Of a stretch of 64,000 nucleotides of DNA, positions 19,016-29,316 are shown in pieces; position 1 is the stretch's first letter; each line of letters opens with the position of its first letter. The notes below the pieces were generated by a model. That model did not search any database and had not been told where the DNA came from. It saw only the letters and a list, made by a program, of their open reading frames with translations. The stretch comes from a bacterium (lineage in GTDB: Bacteria > Patescibacteriota > Microgenomatia > Levybacterales > UBA12049). Position numbers and translations under genes: made by a program. The stretch is taken from the NCBI GenBank assembly GCA_021777565.1, contig JAJYDJ010000001.1, positions 160,142 to 224,141 of the forward strand, read 5' to 3'.

Positions 19016-19133
19016 CATAGAATCCTTTTTGTACCTACAACATCTCTCTTAGACGTCCCCATGCATTTCTGCAGATCGTCTTTATGTAGTTAGGGGGTTG
19101 CAAAAGAGTATTGTATGATGGCATACTAACTAT

Positions 19134-19215
19134 GCATTCAGAGAGATAGGAGAGTATCGGCTCGTACCTATCCGGCAACCCTTCATAGCATGGGTGCCAA
19201 ACCGACATAGAATGT
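19134..19215 (+). promoter_or_regulatory. SAM-I-family riboswitch aptamer (minimal, no P4)
   Basis: AGAGAG junction, GGCAACC...GGTGCCAA P3, pseudoknot TCGG/CCGA, P1 GCATTC/GAATGT, directly 5' of metK. Confidence 0.8.
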
Positions 19216-19230
19216 GATTTTAGATAAACT

Positions 19231-20337
19231 ATGCAAGACTACACGTTTACTTCAGAATCTGTTTGTAGCGGACACCCCGATAAAGTGTGTGATCAAATAA
19301 GTGATGGTATCGTCGATGCAGTCCTTTCAAAAGATCCTCGTGGGAGGGTTGCGATGGAAGCACTCGTTACTGAAAATAAGATTGTACTCGCAGGAGAAGT
19401 GACGACTTCTGCAAAAGTTGATTTTGAAGCTATCACTAGGCAAGTTATAAAAGACCTAGACTATACTGATTCTCGATTTCGATTTACTCATGAATCTTCT
19501 CTGGACATGTATATCCACGAGCAGTCTCCTGAAATTGCTGCTGGCGTAGATGAAGAAGGAGCTGGAGATCAAGGGATGATGTTTGGGTATGCGTGTCATG
19601 AAACACCTGAGCTGATGCCATTACCAATCACACTTGCTCATCGTATGGCGCAGAAAATTGACGATGTAAGAAAATCTAAAGTCATTGCATATCTTCGCCC
19701 TGATGGGAAGACACAGGTGAGTGTACGATATGAGAATGGAAAGCCTGTCGCTATTACATCGGTTGTCATTGCTGTCCCTCATGAGGAAGAGAAGCAATTA
19801 AAAGAAGTACGCAATAGCTTGTATAGAGAAGTTGTCAGTCCTGTTTTGGCCGCGTATGGTTTTACATTCCCAGAGGATCAAGTCATTGTGAATGGAACAG
19901 GCATTTGGCACATTGGCGGACCGGCCAGTGATACAGGACTTACAGGGCGTAAAATTGTTGTGGATGGCTATGGTGGGTATGCCAGGGTAGGTGGGGGTGC
20001 TTTTTCTGGGAAAGACCCAACAAAGGTTGATCGATCAGGGGCGTATGCTGCACGATTTCTGGCAAAAAATATTGTTGCAAAAGGGTTAGCAGAGAGAGCT
20101 GAAGTGAGACTAGCTTACTTTATCGGAGCAAAAAAACCGTTGATGCAAGACGTTGAAACATTCGGAACAGAAAAAGTCTTGAGAGAACATATTCAAAAGT
20201 TCATGCATGAGATTTTAGATACATCAGTCGCTGGTATCCTCAAAACGTTGAATTTACGAACACCTATCTATAAAAATACTGCTGCCTATGGGCATTTCGG
20301 TCGGAGTGAGTTCCCGTGGGAAAAAATTGTGGCATGA
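19231..20337 (+). CDS. metK: S-adenosylmethionine synthetase
   Basis: FTSESVCSGHPDK, GAGDQG, GLTGRKIVVD, GGGAFSGKDPTKVDRS. Confidence 0.98.
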   Translation: MQDYTFTSESVCSGHPDKVCDQISDGIVDAVLSKDPRGRVAMEALVTENKIVLAGEVTTSAKVDFEAITRQVIKDLDYTDSRFRFTHESSLDMYIHEQSPEIAAGVDEEGAGDQGMMFGYACHETPELMPLPITLAHRMAQKIDDVRKSKVIAYLRPDGKTQVSVRYENGKPVAITSVVIAVPHEEEKQLKEVRNSLYREVVSPVLAAYGFTFPEDQVIVNGTGIWHIGGPASDTGLTGRKIVVDGYGGYARVGGGAFSGKDPTKVDRSGAYAARFLAKNIVAKGLAERAEVRLAYFIGAKKPLMQDVETFGTEKVLREHIQKFMHEILDTSVAGILKTLNLRTPIYKNTAAYGHFGRSEFPWEKIVA

Positions 20338-20380
20338 TCACTTCAGTATCTTAAAAGATAATCTTTGCTATACTAGGGGC

Positions 20381-21523
20381 ATGCGACGAGTGCTTCTGAT
20401 CATTGGTTTATTTATCTCTTCACTCTTTAGTTTTTCTCCAAGTGCACATGCTCAAAGTATGCAAAATCTCCAGGATTTTTTCATGAAAGGCACCATTGTT
20501 TCTTCTCAACAGGAGACGGGGAGTAGTCTTGGTGGTTCGCAAGTACCAACGGACTTAGAAGTAAAAGTACTTGATGGCCCACTGCAAGGCAAAACCGTGG
20601 CAGTACAGTATCTCTTTGACCAAAACGGCTCGATGGGGAGTATGGGGGTAGGGACAACGATTATTCTGGAAGCCAAAACTGATCCAACGACAGGAAGTTT
20701 GCAATATGGTGTCTATGAACAGTATCGACTTGATTGGGTATGGGTAGTACTCGGAGCATTTTTGATCGTCATTGTGGGTATCGCGAGGTGGCGTGGACTG
20801 GGATCGGTGGCTGGGCTTCTGGTTAGTCTTGGCATTATCGGTGGATATATCGTGCCACAGATTATTAATGGTGCTGATCCACTGCAAACTTGTCTAGTTG
20901 GTTCTGGCATCATTCTTCTCATTACAACCTATATTGCCCATGGTATCTCGCTTCGAACCACCCTTGCTGTTGTATCCACTGGTATTGTTCTTGTTCTGGC
21001 TGTGGGATTAGCGCAGCTTGTTGTACATCTACTGCAATTGTCTGGGATTGGTAATGAAGAAATATATAATCTACAGGTTGGGATGACGCATTCGATCAAT
21101 CCTCAAGGGCTTTTCCTTGGTGGGCTTCTGATCGGTACACTTGGTGCCCTCAATGACATCACGACCACCCAGGTTATTACCGTCTTTACCCTTATTGATG
21201 AGAAAGCAGGCAAGTCAGTAGGGGAGCTCTTTAAAAAAGGTATGGCAATTGGTCAGGAGCATATTGCCTCACTCATCAATACACTTGTCCTTGCCTACGC
21301 TGGGACATCCCTTGGTGTCTTTATTTTCTTTGGCCTGAACCCCATGCACTTGCCTTGGTGGGTACTCATGAATAATGAGGGTACCGTCGAGGAAATCGTG
21401 CGAAGTGTGGTTGGCAGTATCGCTTTGATTTTGGTAGTTCCTGTGAGCACATGGCTGGCTGCCTGGATTGGGCTGCAAGGTACACGACTCAAAGATTTCT
21501 TCCCAGAGCCCAAGAAAGGGTAG
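20381..21523 (+). CDS. YibE/F family membrane protein
   Basis: IGTLGALNDIT, INTLVLAYAG, EEIVRSVVGSIALILVVP; start MRRVLL after TGCTATACT. Confidence 0.9.
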   Translation: MRRVLLIIGLFISSLFSFSPSAHAQSMQNLQDFFMKGTIVSSQQETGSSLGGSQVPTDLEVKVLDGPLQGKTVAVQYLFDQNGSMGSMGVGTTIILEAKTDPTTGSLQYGVYEQYRLDWVWVVLGAFLIVIVGIARWRGLGSVAGLLVSLGIIGGYIVPQIINGADPLQTCLVGSGIILLITTYIAHGISLRTTLAVVSTGIVLVLAVGLAQLVVHLLQLSGIGNEEIYNLQVGMTHSINPQGLFLGGLLIGTLGALNDITTTQVITVFTLIDEKAGKSVGELFKKGMAIGQEHIASLINTLVLAYAGTSLGVFIFFGLNPMHLPWWVLMNNEGTVEEIVRSVVGSIALILVVPVSTWLAAWIGLQGTRLKDFFPEPKKG

Positions 21524-21543
21524 TTTTTTTCTAAAATTTCCTG

Positions 21544-21646
21544 TATAATACCTCTATCACACACATTCAGTACTAAATCCTGACTGATGACAGTTCAGAC
21601 TGAATGGAGGAGTCCCGCCTACGGCGAGGCGAAGAAGGATTTAATT
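21544..21646 (+). promoter_or_regulatory. rpsB promoter and structured leader (probable uS2 autoregulatory RNA)
   Basis: TATAAT at 21544; CACAC then CATTCAGT/ACTGAATG stem and a second GC-rich hairpin before rpsB. Confidence 0.55.
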
Positions 21647-22507
21647 ATGAAAGCAATTACACTTGAAGAACTGCTTGAGGCCGGATGCCATTTTGGGCAC
21701 CAGGTTGGCCGTCAAAATCCAAAAGCACGAGACTATGTCTTCGAAGCTCGCGATGGAGTCCACATTATTGATCTTGCCTTGACCAAAGAAGGTCTTGAAA
21801 AGGCAGCCGAATATATTAAACAAGTGGCTTCAGAAGATGGAACACTTTTGATCGTTGGATCAAAAAGACAAGCTGTTCCTGTTTTGACAGAGAAACTCCA
21901 AACACTTCGCAGTGCACTTCAGGAAAAAGGAGTCAGTGATAATCTCTACACCGTAACCGCTCGTTGGATTGGTGGAACATTGACCAATTCTGAGCAGATG
22001 ATCAAAAACTACAAGAGACTTGAAGACTTGACTGAAAAGCTTCAGGATGAAGTAGTAAAAGCCCGCTACACCAAGAAAGAACTTGGTCTCATGGAAAAAC
22101 AGCGCGGAAAGTTGAACACATTCTACTCAGGTCTTTTAGGTATGACCACCAAACCAACAGCTATCTTTGTTATCGACACACATTTTGAAGAACTTGCAGT
22201 CAAAGAAGCAAAGAAAATGGGTGTTCCTGTAGTTGGAATTGTTGATACCAATGCTGATCCAGATCCAGTTGACTATGTTATCCCAGCTAACGATGATGCC
22301 GCAGGAAGTTTGGAACTTTTGATTGGCTACATCTTGGATGCATGGCAAGAAGGTCGCACCGGGGTTGAAGCAAAAAAAGCAGCCAAGAGTAAAAAAGAAG
22401 CAGCAGTTGAAGAAGAAATCAAAGAAGAAGAAAAAACTGAAGAGAAAAAAGCAGAAAAACCTGCAAAGAAAACTACTACAAAGAAAGCAAAAAAGGAGGA
22501 TAAATAA
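21647..22507 (+). CDS. rpsB: 30S ribosomal protein uS2
   Basis: LLEAGCHFGHQ, RWIGGTLTN, DTNADPD..IPANDDA; Lys/Glu-rich tail. Confidence 0.97.
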   Translation: MKAITLEELLEAGCHFGHQVGRQNPKARDYVFEARDGVHIIDLALTKEGLEKAAEYIKQVASEDGTLLIVGSKRQAVPVLTEKLQTLRSALQEKGVSDNLYTVTARWIGGTLTNSEQMIKNYKRLEDLTEKLQDEVVKARYTKKELGLMEKQRGKLNTFYSGLLGMTTKPTAIFVIDTHFEELAVKEAKKMGVPVVGIVDTNADPDPVDYVIPANDDAAGSLELLIGYILDAWQEGRTGVEAKKAAKSKKEAAVEEEIKEEEKTEEKKAEKPAKKTTTKKAKKEDK

Positions 22508-22509
22508 TC

Positions 22510-22962
22510 GTGGCATTTGATCTTACCATGTTGAAAAAACTTCGTGAGGAAACAGAAGCTTCTATTGCAGATTGCCGCATGGCGCTTGAAGAGACTGATG
22601 GTGACTACCAAAAAGCCCTTGAATGGATCAAAAAGCGAGCAGTCGCAAAAGCCGAGAAGAAAGCAGATCGTGAAGCAGGACAGGGAATTGTCGAGGCATA
22701 CATTCATGGAAATGGCAAAATTGGTGTTTTGGTACAACTTCTGTGCGAGACTGATTTCGTAGCCCGAACTGATGACTTCAAGAACTTGGCTCATGACATC
22801 GCACTGCAAATTGCTGCCATGAACCCTGAAAATGTCGAAGAACTTCTCAAACAAGAATTTATTAAAGATACTTCAGTGACGATTGAACAGAAAATCAAGC
22901 AAGTCATTGGCAAACTGGGTGAGAATATCATCTTGAAAGGTTTTGCCAGACTTGATATATAA
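22510..22962 (+). CDS. tsf: Elongation factor Ts (short form)
   Basis: LREET..DC..AL, LCETDFVAR; GTG start with AGGAGG SD. Confidence 0.95.
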   Translation: MAFDLTMLKKLREETEASIADCRMALEETDGDYQKALEWIKKRAVAKAEKKADREAGQGIVEAYIHGNGKIGVLVQLLCETDFVARTDDFKNLAHDIALQIAAMNPENVEELLKQEFIKDTSVTIEQKIKQVIGKLGENIILKGFARLDI

Positions 22963-22969
22963 TATTAGT

Positions 22970-23521
22970 ATGGATCCACTTCTTCAGGAAACTTCTCAGT
23001 CCATGGACAAAGCAATTTCTTTCTTGCAACAAGACCTTGCCACGGTTCGTACAGGACGTGCAACTCCAAGTTTGGTTGAAGGATTGGTCATCAGTGTCTA
23101 TGGGGGCAGTACCAAAATGAAGCTCATGGAGCTTGCTACCACAGTAGCGTCTGATGCTCAGACCTTGATGATAACCCCATTTGACCCATCAATTCTTGAT
23201 GAAATCCAAAAAGGTATCATGGAAGCCAACACAGGACTGACACCAAGTAGTGACGGACATGTTCTTCGTATCGCGATCCCTGCTCTTTCTGAAGAGAGAC
23301 GACAGGAGTTGGTGAAGTTGATGCATCAAAAATTGGAAAATGCTCGTATTATGGTCCGCCAGGCAAGACAAGATGGACTGCAAGATGTAAAGAAAAATGA
23401 AGACTTGTCAGAAGATGATGTTAAACGACTTGAAAAAGATATCCAAAGACTCACCGATGAACATATTGCTACCATTGATGGACTTGGCAAAGCCAAAGAG
23501 TCAGAACTGATGCAGCTGTAA
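22970..23521 (+). CDS. frr: Ribosome recycling factor
   Basis: VRTGRATPSL, PALSEERRQELVK. Confidence 0.97.
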   Translation: MDPLLQETSQSMDKAISFLQQDLATVRTGRATPSLVEGLVISVYGGSTKMKLMELATTVASDAQTLMITPFDPSILDEIQKGIMEANTGLTPSSDGHVLRIAIPALSEERRQELVKLMHQKLENARIMVRQARQDGLQDVKKNEDLSEDDVKRLEKDIQRLTDEHIATIDGLGKAKESELMQL

Positions 23522-23575
23522 TTTCCCCTCGGGTCTTCCTGTTTTTTTCAGTAGAAGTATAGTATGATGATTCAT

Positions 23576-24688
23576 ATGATCGTGAGTATTCTTGCGTTTT
23601 TTCTGGTGCTTTCTATTCTTGTCCTGATTCATGAAGCTGGACATTTTTTCACAGCAAAAAAATTTGGCATAAAGGTGGAAGAATTTGGTTTTGGTTTTCC
23701 TCCAAAGTTGTTTGGCAAAAAATATGGTGAGACAGAATACACTATCAACGCACTTCCAATTGGTGGCTTTGTCAAACTCTATGGTGAGGATGAGGCTGGT
23801 GCCGGCAGAGTTGATCTGTCTGGTAAAAAACATGAAGTAAAAGGTGATATCAAGCGTGCATTTTATGCGAGACCTGCCTGGCAGCGATTCTTGGTCGTTG
23901 TCGCAGGAGTTGTGATGAATTTTCTTCTGGCAGTCGTGATTTTGACGTATCTATACGCAGTCCCTGGAGTTCCAACACCTGGGGAGACCGTCATCGTGAC
24001 CAATATCATGAAGGGTTCTCCTGCAGAGAAAGCACATGTGCAGGTAGGGGACATCATCTCAGGTGTGGATCAGCTGCCAGTGCATAGCACCAGTGAACTG
24101 GTTTCATATGTAAAAGCGCATGCAGGCCGCTCAGTTACCTTGCATGTCACGACACCAAATGGTCAAAAAAGTGATATCAGTGTCACCCCACGAAGTGTGA
24201 CACCTAAAAATCAAGGGGCACTGGGTGTTGAGATCGCAGTAAAGCTTGTCATGAAACGCTATCCATGGTATCAAGCACCTTTTGTCGGTGTGAAAGAGAC
24301 ACTTATCCAGTCATGGCAAATACTCGCAGGTATCGGACAAGTGATTGCTCAAGTTGTTACGACGGGGAGTGTACCAGCAGGCGTTGCCGGACCAGTTGGC
24401 CTTGCACGTATAACGGGGGATGTCGTCAGGTCAGGTTTTGATGCGACACTAGCGCTGCTTGCCGCATTGTCACTTAATCTTGCGATTCTTAACATTTTGC
24501 CAATTCCGGCTCTGGATGGCGGAAGGTTCTTCTTCATTCTGATCGAGATGATTACCAGAAAAAAAGTAAATCAAAAGTTTGAAACATATGCCCATACGAT
24601 TGGTATGGCGCTGCTTCTTGGGCTGATTATTCTCATTACGATTCATGACGTTTTGGGGATTATTCATAACACTCCTGTTCTTCCATAG
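23576..24688 (+). CDS. rseP: RIP/site-2 metalloprotease RseP (M50) with PDZ
   Basis: HEAGH, PIGGFVKLYGE, NILPIPALDGGR. Confidence 0.95.
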   Translation: MIVSILAFFLVLSILVLIHEAGHFFTAKKFGIKVEEFGFGFPPKLFGKKYGETEYTINALPIGGFVKLYGEDEAGAGRVDLSGKKHEVKGDIKRAFYARPAWQRFLVVVAGVVMNFLLAVVILTYLYAVPGVPTPGETVIVTNIMKGSPAEKAHVQVGDIISGVDQLPVHSTSELVSYVKAHAGRSVTLHVTTPNGQKSDISVTPRSVTPKNQGALGVEIAVKLVMKRYPWYQAPFVGVKETLIQSWQILAGIGQVIAQVVTTGSVPAGVAGPVGLARITGDVVRSGFDATLALLAALSLNLAILNILPIPALDGGRFFFILIEMITRKKVNQKFETYAHTIGMALLLGLIILITIHDVLGIIHNTPVLP

Positions 24689-24729
24689 CTTTACATCTCC
24701 TGTCTTGCGTCATACAATGAAACAAGAAT

Positions 24730-26442
24730 ATGAAAAAACTTGCCATATCGATCTGGCAACACAAATGGACGCTTCTTTTTTATGCTGTCATGGCAGCAGT
24801 TTTCCTCATCAATACGCTCCACACCAGTTATCCTGACGAGTTTGATAATATTTCCGGTGGATGGTTTATCTTGCATGGCAAGCTTATTTACACGGGATGG
24901 TTTACTCACCATGGGCCATTCCCATACTATCTGGCAGCACTGCTTGAAATTTTTAGCGGGGACTCTTTTGTACGATTCCGACTCATGTATGCAGTCGCGA
25001 TGCTGGCATACTTTATTGGGATATCATATCTTTTGAAAGGAAGAGTCAGCGAGCTCTCCCAGAAACTTTTTCTTGTCTTTACGGCTGTTTTTGGTATTGC
25101 AGCGACGTACTATTGGGCACACATGCTCCTTGCCGACAATGTCGCGGCATTGACTTTTGTCCCGGTATTTATTGTTATCATTGATAAACTTTTCACCAAA
25201 AAGCCCTTTACTCTTAACGATATCTTGTTTCTCTCAATTCTGATGGCATGTGGATTTTATGCCTCTCTTGCCTATATTTATGTGCTTGCATTTTTTGCCG
25301 TCGTTATATTGGGGAACTACTATTGGACTGAAAAGAAGAAACTACATGGAGTGCTCGCATGGCTTAAACCGCTGGTTATGTTTGCCATTCCACATCTCGT
25401 ATTTGGGCTCTATTTAGTGCTGACGGGGAGCGTGTCAGCATATTATCATGACGCCTGGGTCTTCAATGAAAAATACTATATTTTTAATTACCCACGTCCT
25501 GAAGGGGCAGGAATAAATCCAGTCCGCTACAGCATCATGATCGTTCATAACTTTATGATTAGTTTCCAGACCGTGCTTATTGGTGTGAAGTACTTTGACT
25601 TTGGATCACCTATGAATATTACGCTTGCTCTTGGAGACGCGGCCGTCTTTATCTATCTTTTGATGAAAAGAAAATTCTTTCTCGCTGGCTTTGTCTTGCT
25701 TACCTTGGCGCTCACAACCCCACGCAGTGACTTGTCCAAGTCTCAAGAAACAGATTATCAGGCAGCGATGTATATTCTTTTTTCATATTGGAATATTTTG
25801 TGGGTACTTCGTCAAAGCGCTCAGTCTCTGAAAGAAGAGGCAAGTGCCGCTCTCAAAGTGGTCAGTGGATTTTTGCTCCTATTGGTTGGCGTATATAGTA
25901 TCTTTGCAGGGTTATATTTGTTCAATGGATTTTTCACCAAAGCATATCTGAAATATATGGGGACTTCGCCCCTTATTTATGACAGGCCTTCCGCTGCACC
26001 AGTCATCAACACAGTGATTGGGCCAAATGACTATATGTGGATCGGTCCATTTGCTTTTGAAGACCTCTTTTATGCTCATGGGAAGTTCCCATCTATGTAT
26101 CAAATTCTGATCCCGGGTATGGCGCATGATCCACAGATTCGTGCTCGGGTCCTGGCTGATTTTGAAAAAAATCCACCGAAAGTCATGATTTTTGATAGGC
26201 ACTTTGTGGTCCTTGGTAACGACGTTGGTCAGTATGGATCATTCTTGATAGACTTCTTTGATAAAAATTATGTAACGCCCCTTGCGTACCATGATGGCAA
26301 CACCGTCTATCGATCTGTTGCTCCTATTGAGGTAGGTAAACTTGATCTTGAGACACAGCTATATGTTCGAAATGATGTTGTGCAGGAGGTACTCCCAAAA
26401 CTTGTTGATGCAGGGTATCTTAAGAGAGTAACCGTAAAGTAA
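24730..26442 (+). CDS. Multi-TM GT-C-like glycosyltransferase (putative)
   Basis: YPDEFDN after TM1, HHGP motif, many TMs, C-terminal soluble domain. Confidence 0.65.
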   Translation: MKKLAISIWQHKWTLLFYAVMAAVFLINTLHTSYPDEFDNISGGWFILHGKLIYTGWFTHHGPFPYYLAALLEIFSGDSFVRFRLMYAVAMLAYFIGISYLLKGRVSELSQKLFLVFTAVFGIAATYYWAHMLLADNVAALTFVPVFIVIIDKLFTKKPFTLNDILFLSILMACGFYASLAYIYVLAFFAVVILGNYYWTEKKKLHGVLAWLKPLVMFAIPHLVFGLYLVLTGSVSAYYHDAWVFNEKYYIFNYPRPEGAGINPVRYSIMIVHNFMISFQTVLIGVKYFDFGSPMNITLALGDAAVFIYLLMKRKFFLAGFVLLTLALTTPRSDLSKSQETDYQAAMYILFSYWNILWVLRQSAQSLKEEASAALKVVSGFLLLLVGVYSIFAGLYLFNGFFTKAYLKYMGTSPLIYDRPSAAPVINTVIGPNDYMWIGPFAFEDLFYAHGKFPSMYQILIPGMAHDPQIRARVLADFEKNPPKVMIFDRHFVVLGNDVGQYGSFLIDFFDKNYVTPLAYHDGNTVYRSVAPIEVGKLDLETQLYVRNDVVQEVLPKLVDAGYLKRVTVK

Positions 26443-26446
26443 TACC

Positions 26447-27127
26447 ATGAAAGTTCAGTATATACAGTCGACAGATATTGCGACCATTTCAAACACCATT
26501 ACGTCTTCACTTGATCCCCAGACAGCGCTGTTTCTCTCAGGTGGCAGTACGCCAAAATCTCTCTATAGTTATTGGGCAGCCAATGGATTTTTACTGCCAG
26601 GGGCAGTGGCACTGGTTGATGAAAGATACGGGACAAAATGGCACGAAAAAAGTAATGAGTTGATGATCAGAGATACCGGCCTGGTGAAGTATTTAGAAGA
26701 GCACAATGTTGGGTGGTATCCTATCTTGCAGGATGAAAATTTATCTCTTCTCGAGACAGCAGCGCACTATCATGAGACGGTAGAGAGTTTATTTAGCTTG
26801 TATCAAAAGAAAATTGCGATTATGGGTATTGGGACTGATGCCCATACGGCAGGTATTGCGCCGCTTCTTGGAAAATTGCAGAATTTTGTCGCGTCCTATG
26901 ACCGTCGTGATTTATATGACAAAGGATTTGGCCCACGTGTCACACTGACGTTTGACGCACTGAAACATATGGATCATTTCTTTATTCTTGCCTTCGGAAC
27001 AGAGAAAGCACGTCCACTTGCCCAAATGATGACCGAGGGGTCGCTGGATGAAATTCCTGCGCGATTTTTCACACTTCCTGAGATTACAGAACACGTGACT
27101 CTTCTCACAGATCAAGTAATTGAGTAA
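26447..27127 (+). CDS. pgl: 6-phosphogluconolactonase
   Basis: LSGGSTPKSLY, VDERY, MGIGTDAHTA, RVTLT; adjacent to zwf. Confidence 0.85.
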   Translation: MKVQYIQSTDIATISNTITSSLDPQTALFLSGGSTPKSLYSYWAANGFLLPGAVALVDERYGTKWHEKSNELMIRDTGLVKYLEEHNVGWYPILQDENLSLLETAAHYHETVESLFSLYQKKIAIMGIGTDAHTAGIAPLLGKLQNFVASYDRRDLYDKGFGPRVTLTFDALKHMDHFFILAFGTEKARPLAQMMTEGSLDEIPARFFTLPEITEHVTLLTDQVIE

Positions 27128-27150
27128 GTGATTCGTGATACAATGCTCCT

Positions 27151-28521
27151 ATGCAACAGGTAACACTCGTTATTTTTGGCGGGACAGGTGATCTAGCACA
27201 ACATAAATTATTTCCAGCACTGCATACGTTATTTCTGCAAGGTAAACTCCCAGAGGATTTTTTGATCTTTGGCTTCTCACGACGCGCCATGACCGATCAA
27301 GAGTATCAGGAATTAATAAAAGAGAGTATCCCGAGTGCCAGTGAAGCATTTCTCTCGCACGTTGCCTATCAGCAAGGTGAATTTAATACCCCCGATGGGT
27401 ATGAGCTGCTTCATCAAACAATGACCAAGCTGCCTGGTACTCACATTTTCTATTTAGCCACGCCACCTGAACACTACGAATCCATCCTTACAGCCTTATG
27501 TGATCATGGTGTTTGTAACGGCGAGTCTCGTATCGCAATCGAGAAGCCTTTTGGGAAAGACTTAGAGAGTGCACAGGCGCTAGATAATCGTCTCGCAGAG
27601 ATGTTTCATGAACAGCAGATTTTTCGTGTGGATCACTATCTTGGGAAAGAGGTATTACAAAATATTCTTTATTTTCGTTTTGCCAATACTATCTTTGAAC
27701 CGATCTGGACTTCAGAATATATTGATAACGTTCAGCTCACTTTTTTTGAAGATAAGACAATTCATGGGCGAGGAAAATTTTTCGATGGGGTAGGAATGCT
27801 TCGGGATGTCGGGCAAAATCATCTCATGCAAATGCTTGCCGCAGTAGTGATGGAGCAACCGGCAAGCTTTACCAAGGAAGATGTCAGAAGTAAGCGTGCT
27901 GAAGCGATAGAAGCACTAACACCTATTACTGATATAGCCCACGGAGTCGTACGTGGTCAGTATGAGGGATACCTTGAAGAGAAGGATGTCCTGCCTGATT
28001 CACAGACAGAGACGCTCGTTGGTTTGAAATTCTTTGTCAATACGCCACGATTTACTGGTGTACCTTTCTATATGCGTGCTGGCAAAGCCATGGCACGTCC
28101 TGAGGTCAGTATCTCAATCGTCTTTAAACAAACCTGCCATATTCTCTTCAAAGAAATTGGGTGTCCGGAGATTGGGAATGTTCTGACATTTCGTATTCAG
28201 CCCCATGAAGGGATATCGCTTCGCACCATCACCAAAACTCCAGGGACTAAGCCAGGTCTTGAATCTGTTGATCTGCACTTTTCTTATAAAGAGGCCTATG
28301 GCAATGCAGGAAGTGATGCATATGAGAAAGTATTGCTGGATGTTATTACAGGAGATCAAATGTTGTTTAACCGATCTGATGAGATGGTTGCTTCCTGGAA
28401 GTTTATTACTGACATTATGAAAGGCTTGGGGAGCGTGCCACTGCAGAGCTATGACAAGGGGAGTGAAGAAATCCCTGCGCTCACTGAGCTTATAGAAAGG
28501 GATGGCAGGAAATGGCTTTAG
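27151..28521 (+). CDS. zwf: Glucose-6-phosphate dehydrogenase
   Basis: GGTGDLA, EKPFG, RVDHYLGKE. Confidence 0.97.
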   Translation: MQQVTLVIFGGTGDLAQHKLFPALHTLFLQGKLPEDFLIFGFSRRAMTDQEYQELIKESIPSASEAFLSHVAYQQGEFNTPDGYELLHQTMTKLPGTHIFYLATPPEHYESILTALCDHGVCNGESRIAIEKPFGKDLESAQALDNRLAEMFHEQQIFRVDHYLGKEVLQNILYFRFANTIFEPIWTSEYIDNVQLTFFEDKTIHGRGKFFDGVGMLRDVGQNHLMQMLAAVVMEQPASFTKEDVRSKRAEAIEALTPITDIAHGVVRGQYEGYLEEKDVLPDSQTETLVGLKFFVNTPRFTGVPFYMRAGKAMARPEVSISIVFKQTCHILFKEIGCPEIGNVLTFRIQPHEGISLRTITKTPGTKPGLESVDLHFSYKEAYGNAGSDAYEKVLLDVITGDQMLFNRSDEMVASWKFITDIMKGLGSVPLQSYDKGSEEIPALTELIERDGRKWL

Positions 28522-29309
28522 AGGAAGAAAAAGTATTTCTCGTTAATACTGAGGGCAAAAAGTTGTGTGGATTATTTCATGAGCCCAAAAAATCCAACGG
28601 CACCTGCGTTATTCTTTGTCATGGCATAACCTCTAATAAAGACGAATGTGGCGTATTTATTGATGTTGCGAACGAACTAGCAGAAAGAGGATTTAGTACC
28701 TTTCGTTTTGACTTTACTGCACATGGGGAATCTGAAGGAGAGAGTAAAGAGGTTACGCTTTATACCTTTGTTCGTGATATCGAGTCAGTAGTCCATTTTC
28801 TCAAAGAAGAAAAACATGCCACCTCACTTGCAACCCTAAGTGCAAGCTTTGCTGGTGCTCCAACGCTTCTGTATGCGGGTGAAAATCCTGACCTTTTCCA
28901 AGCAATTGTTCTCTGGAATCCACGTCTGGATTTTGAAACACTCTTTCACCCCATCACTGAAATGGGCAAGAAAAATTGGGGGCAGCAGGTTATCGATAAT
29001 GCCTCCAAGACGGGCTTTCATGAGATCCAGGGAGATGAGGGGTCATTTTTTATCAGTCAGAAATTTGTGGAAGATATGCAAAAATATACTCCCTGGCAGA
29101 TGCTTGATCGCATCGCCTCCCCAGTACTTATTGTGCATGGGGATGCAGACACCTTTGTGCCTTACAGTGACAGTGTGAAATATAGCAAGATGTTTGACCT
29201 GCCACTCGTCACGATTAGTGGGGGAGAGCATGGATTTATTGATAACTACACGCATGAATTGCAGGCAACACATGCAACTATAGATTTTTTTCAAAAATAT
29301 CTGGTATAA
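28512..29309 (+). CDS. Alpha/beta hydrolase
   Basis: CHG, FDFTAHGESEG, ASFAG nucleophile elbow, HGDAD, GGEHG. Confidence 0.9.
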   Translation: MALEEEKVFLVNTEGKKLCGLFHEPKKSNGTCVILCHGITSNKDECGVFIDVANELAERGFSTFRFDFTAHGESEGESKEVTLYTFVRDIESVVHFLKEEKHATSLATLSASFAGAPTLLYAGENPDLFQAIVLWNPRLDFETLFHPITEMGKKNWGQQVIDNASKTGFHEIQGDEGSFFISQKFVEDMQKYTPWQMLDRIASPVLIVHGDADTFVPYSDSVKYSKMFDLPLVTISGGEHGFIDNYTHELQATHATIDFFQKYLV

Positions 29310-29316
29310 AGATACT

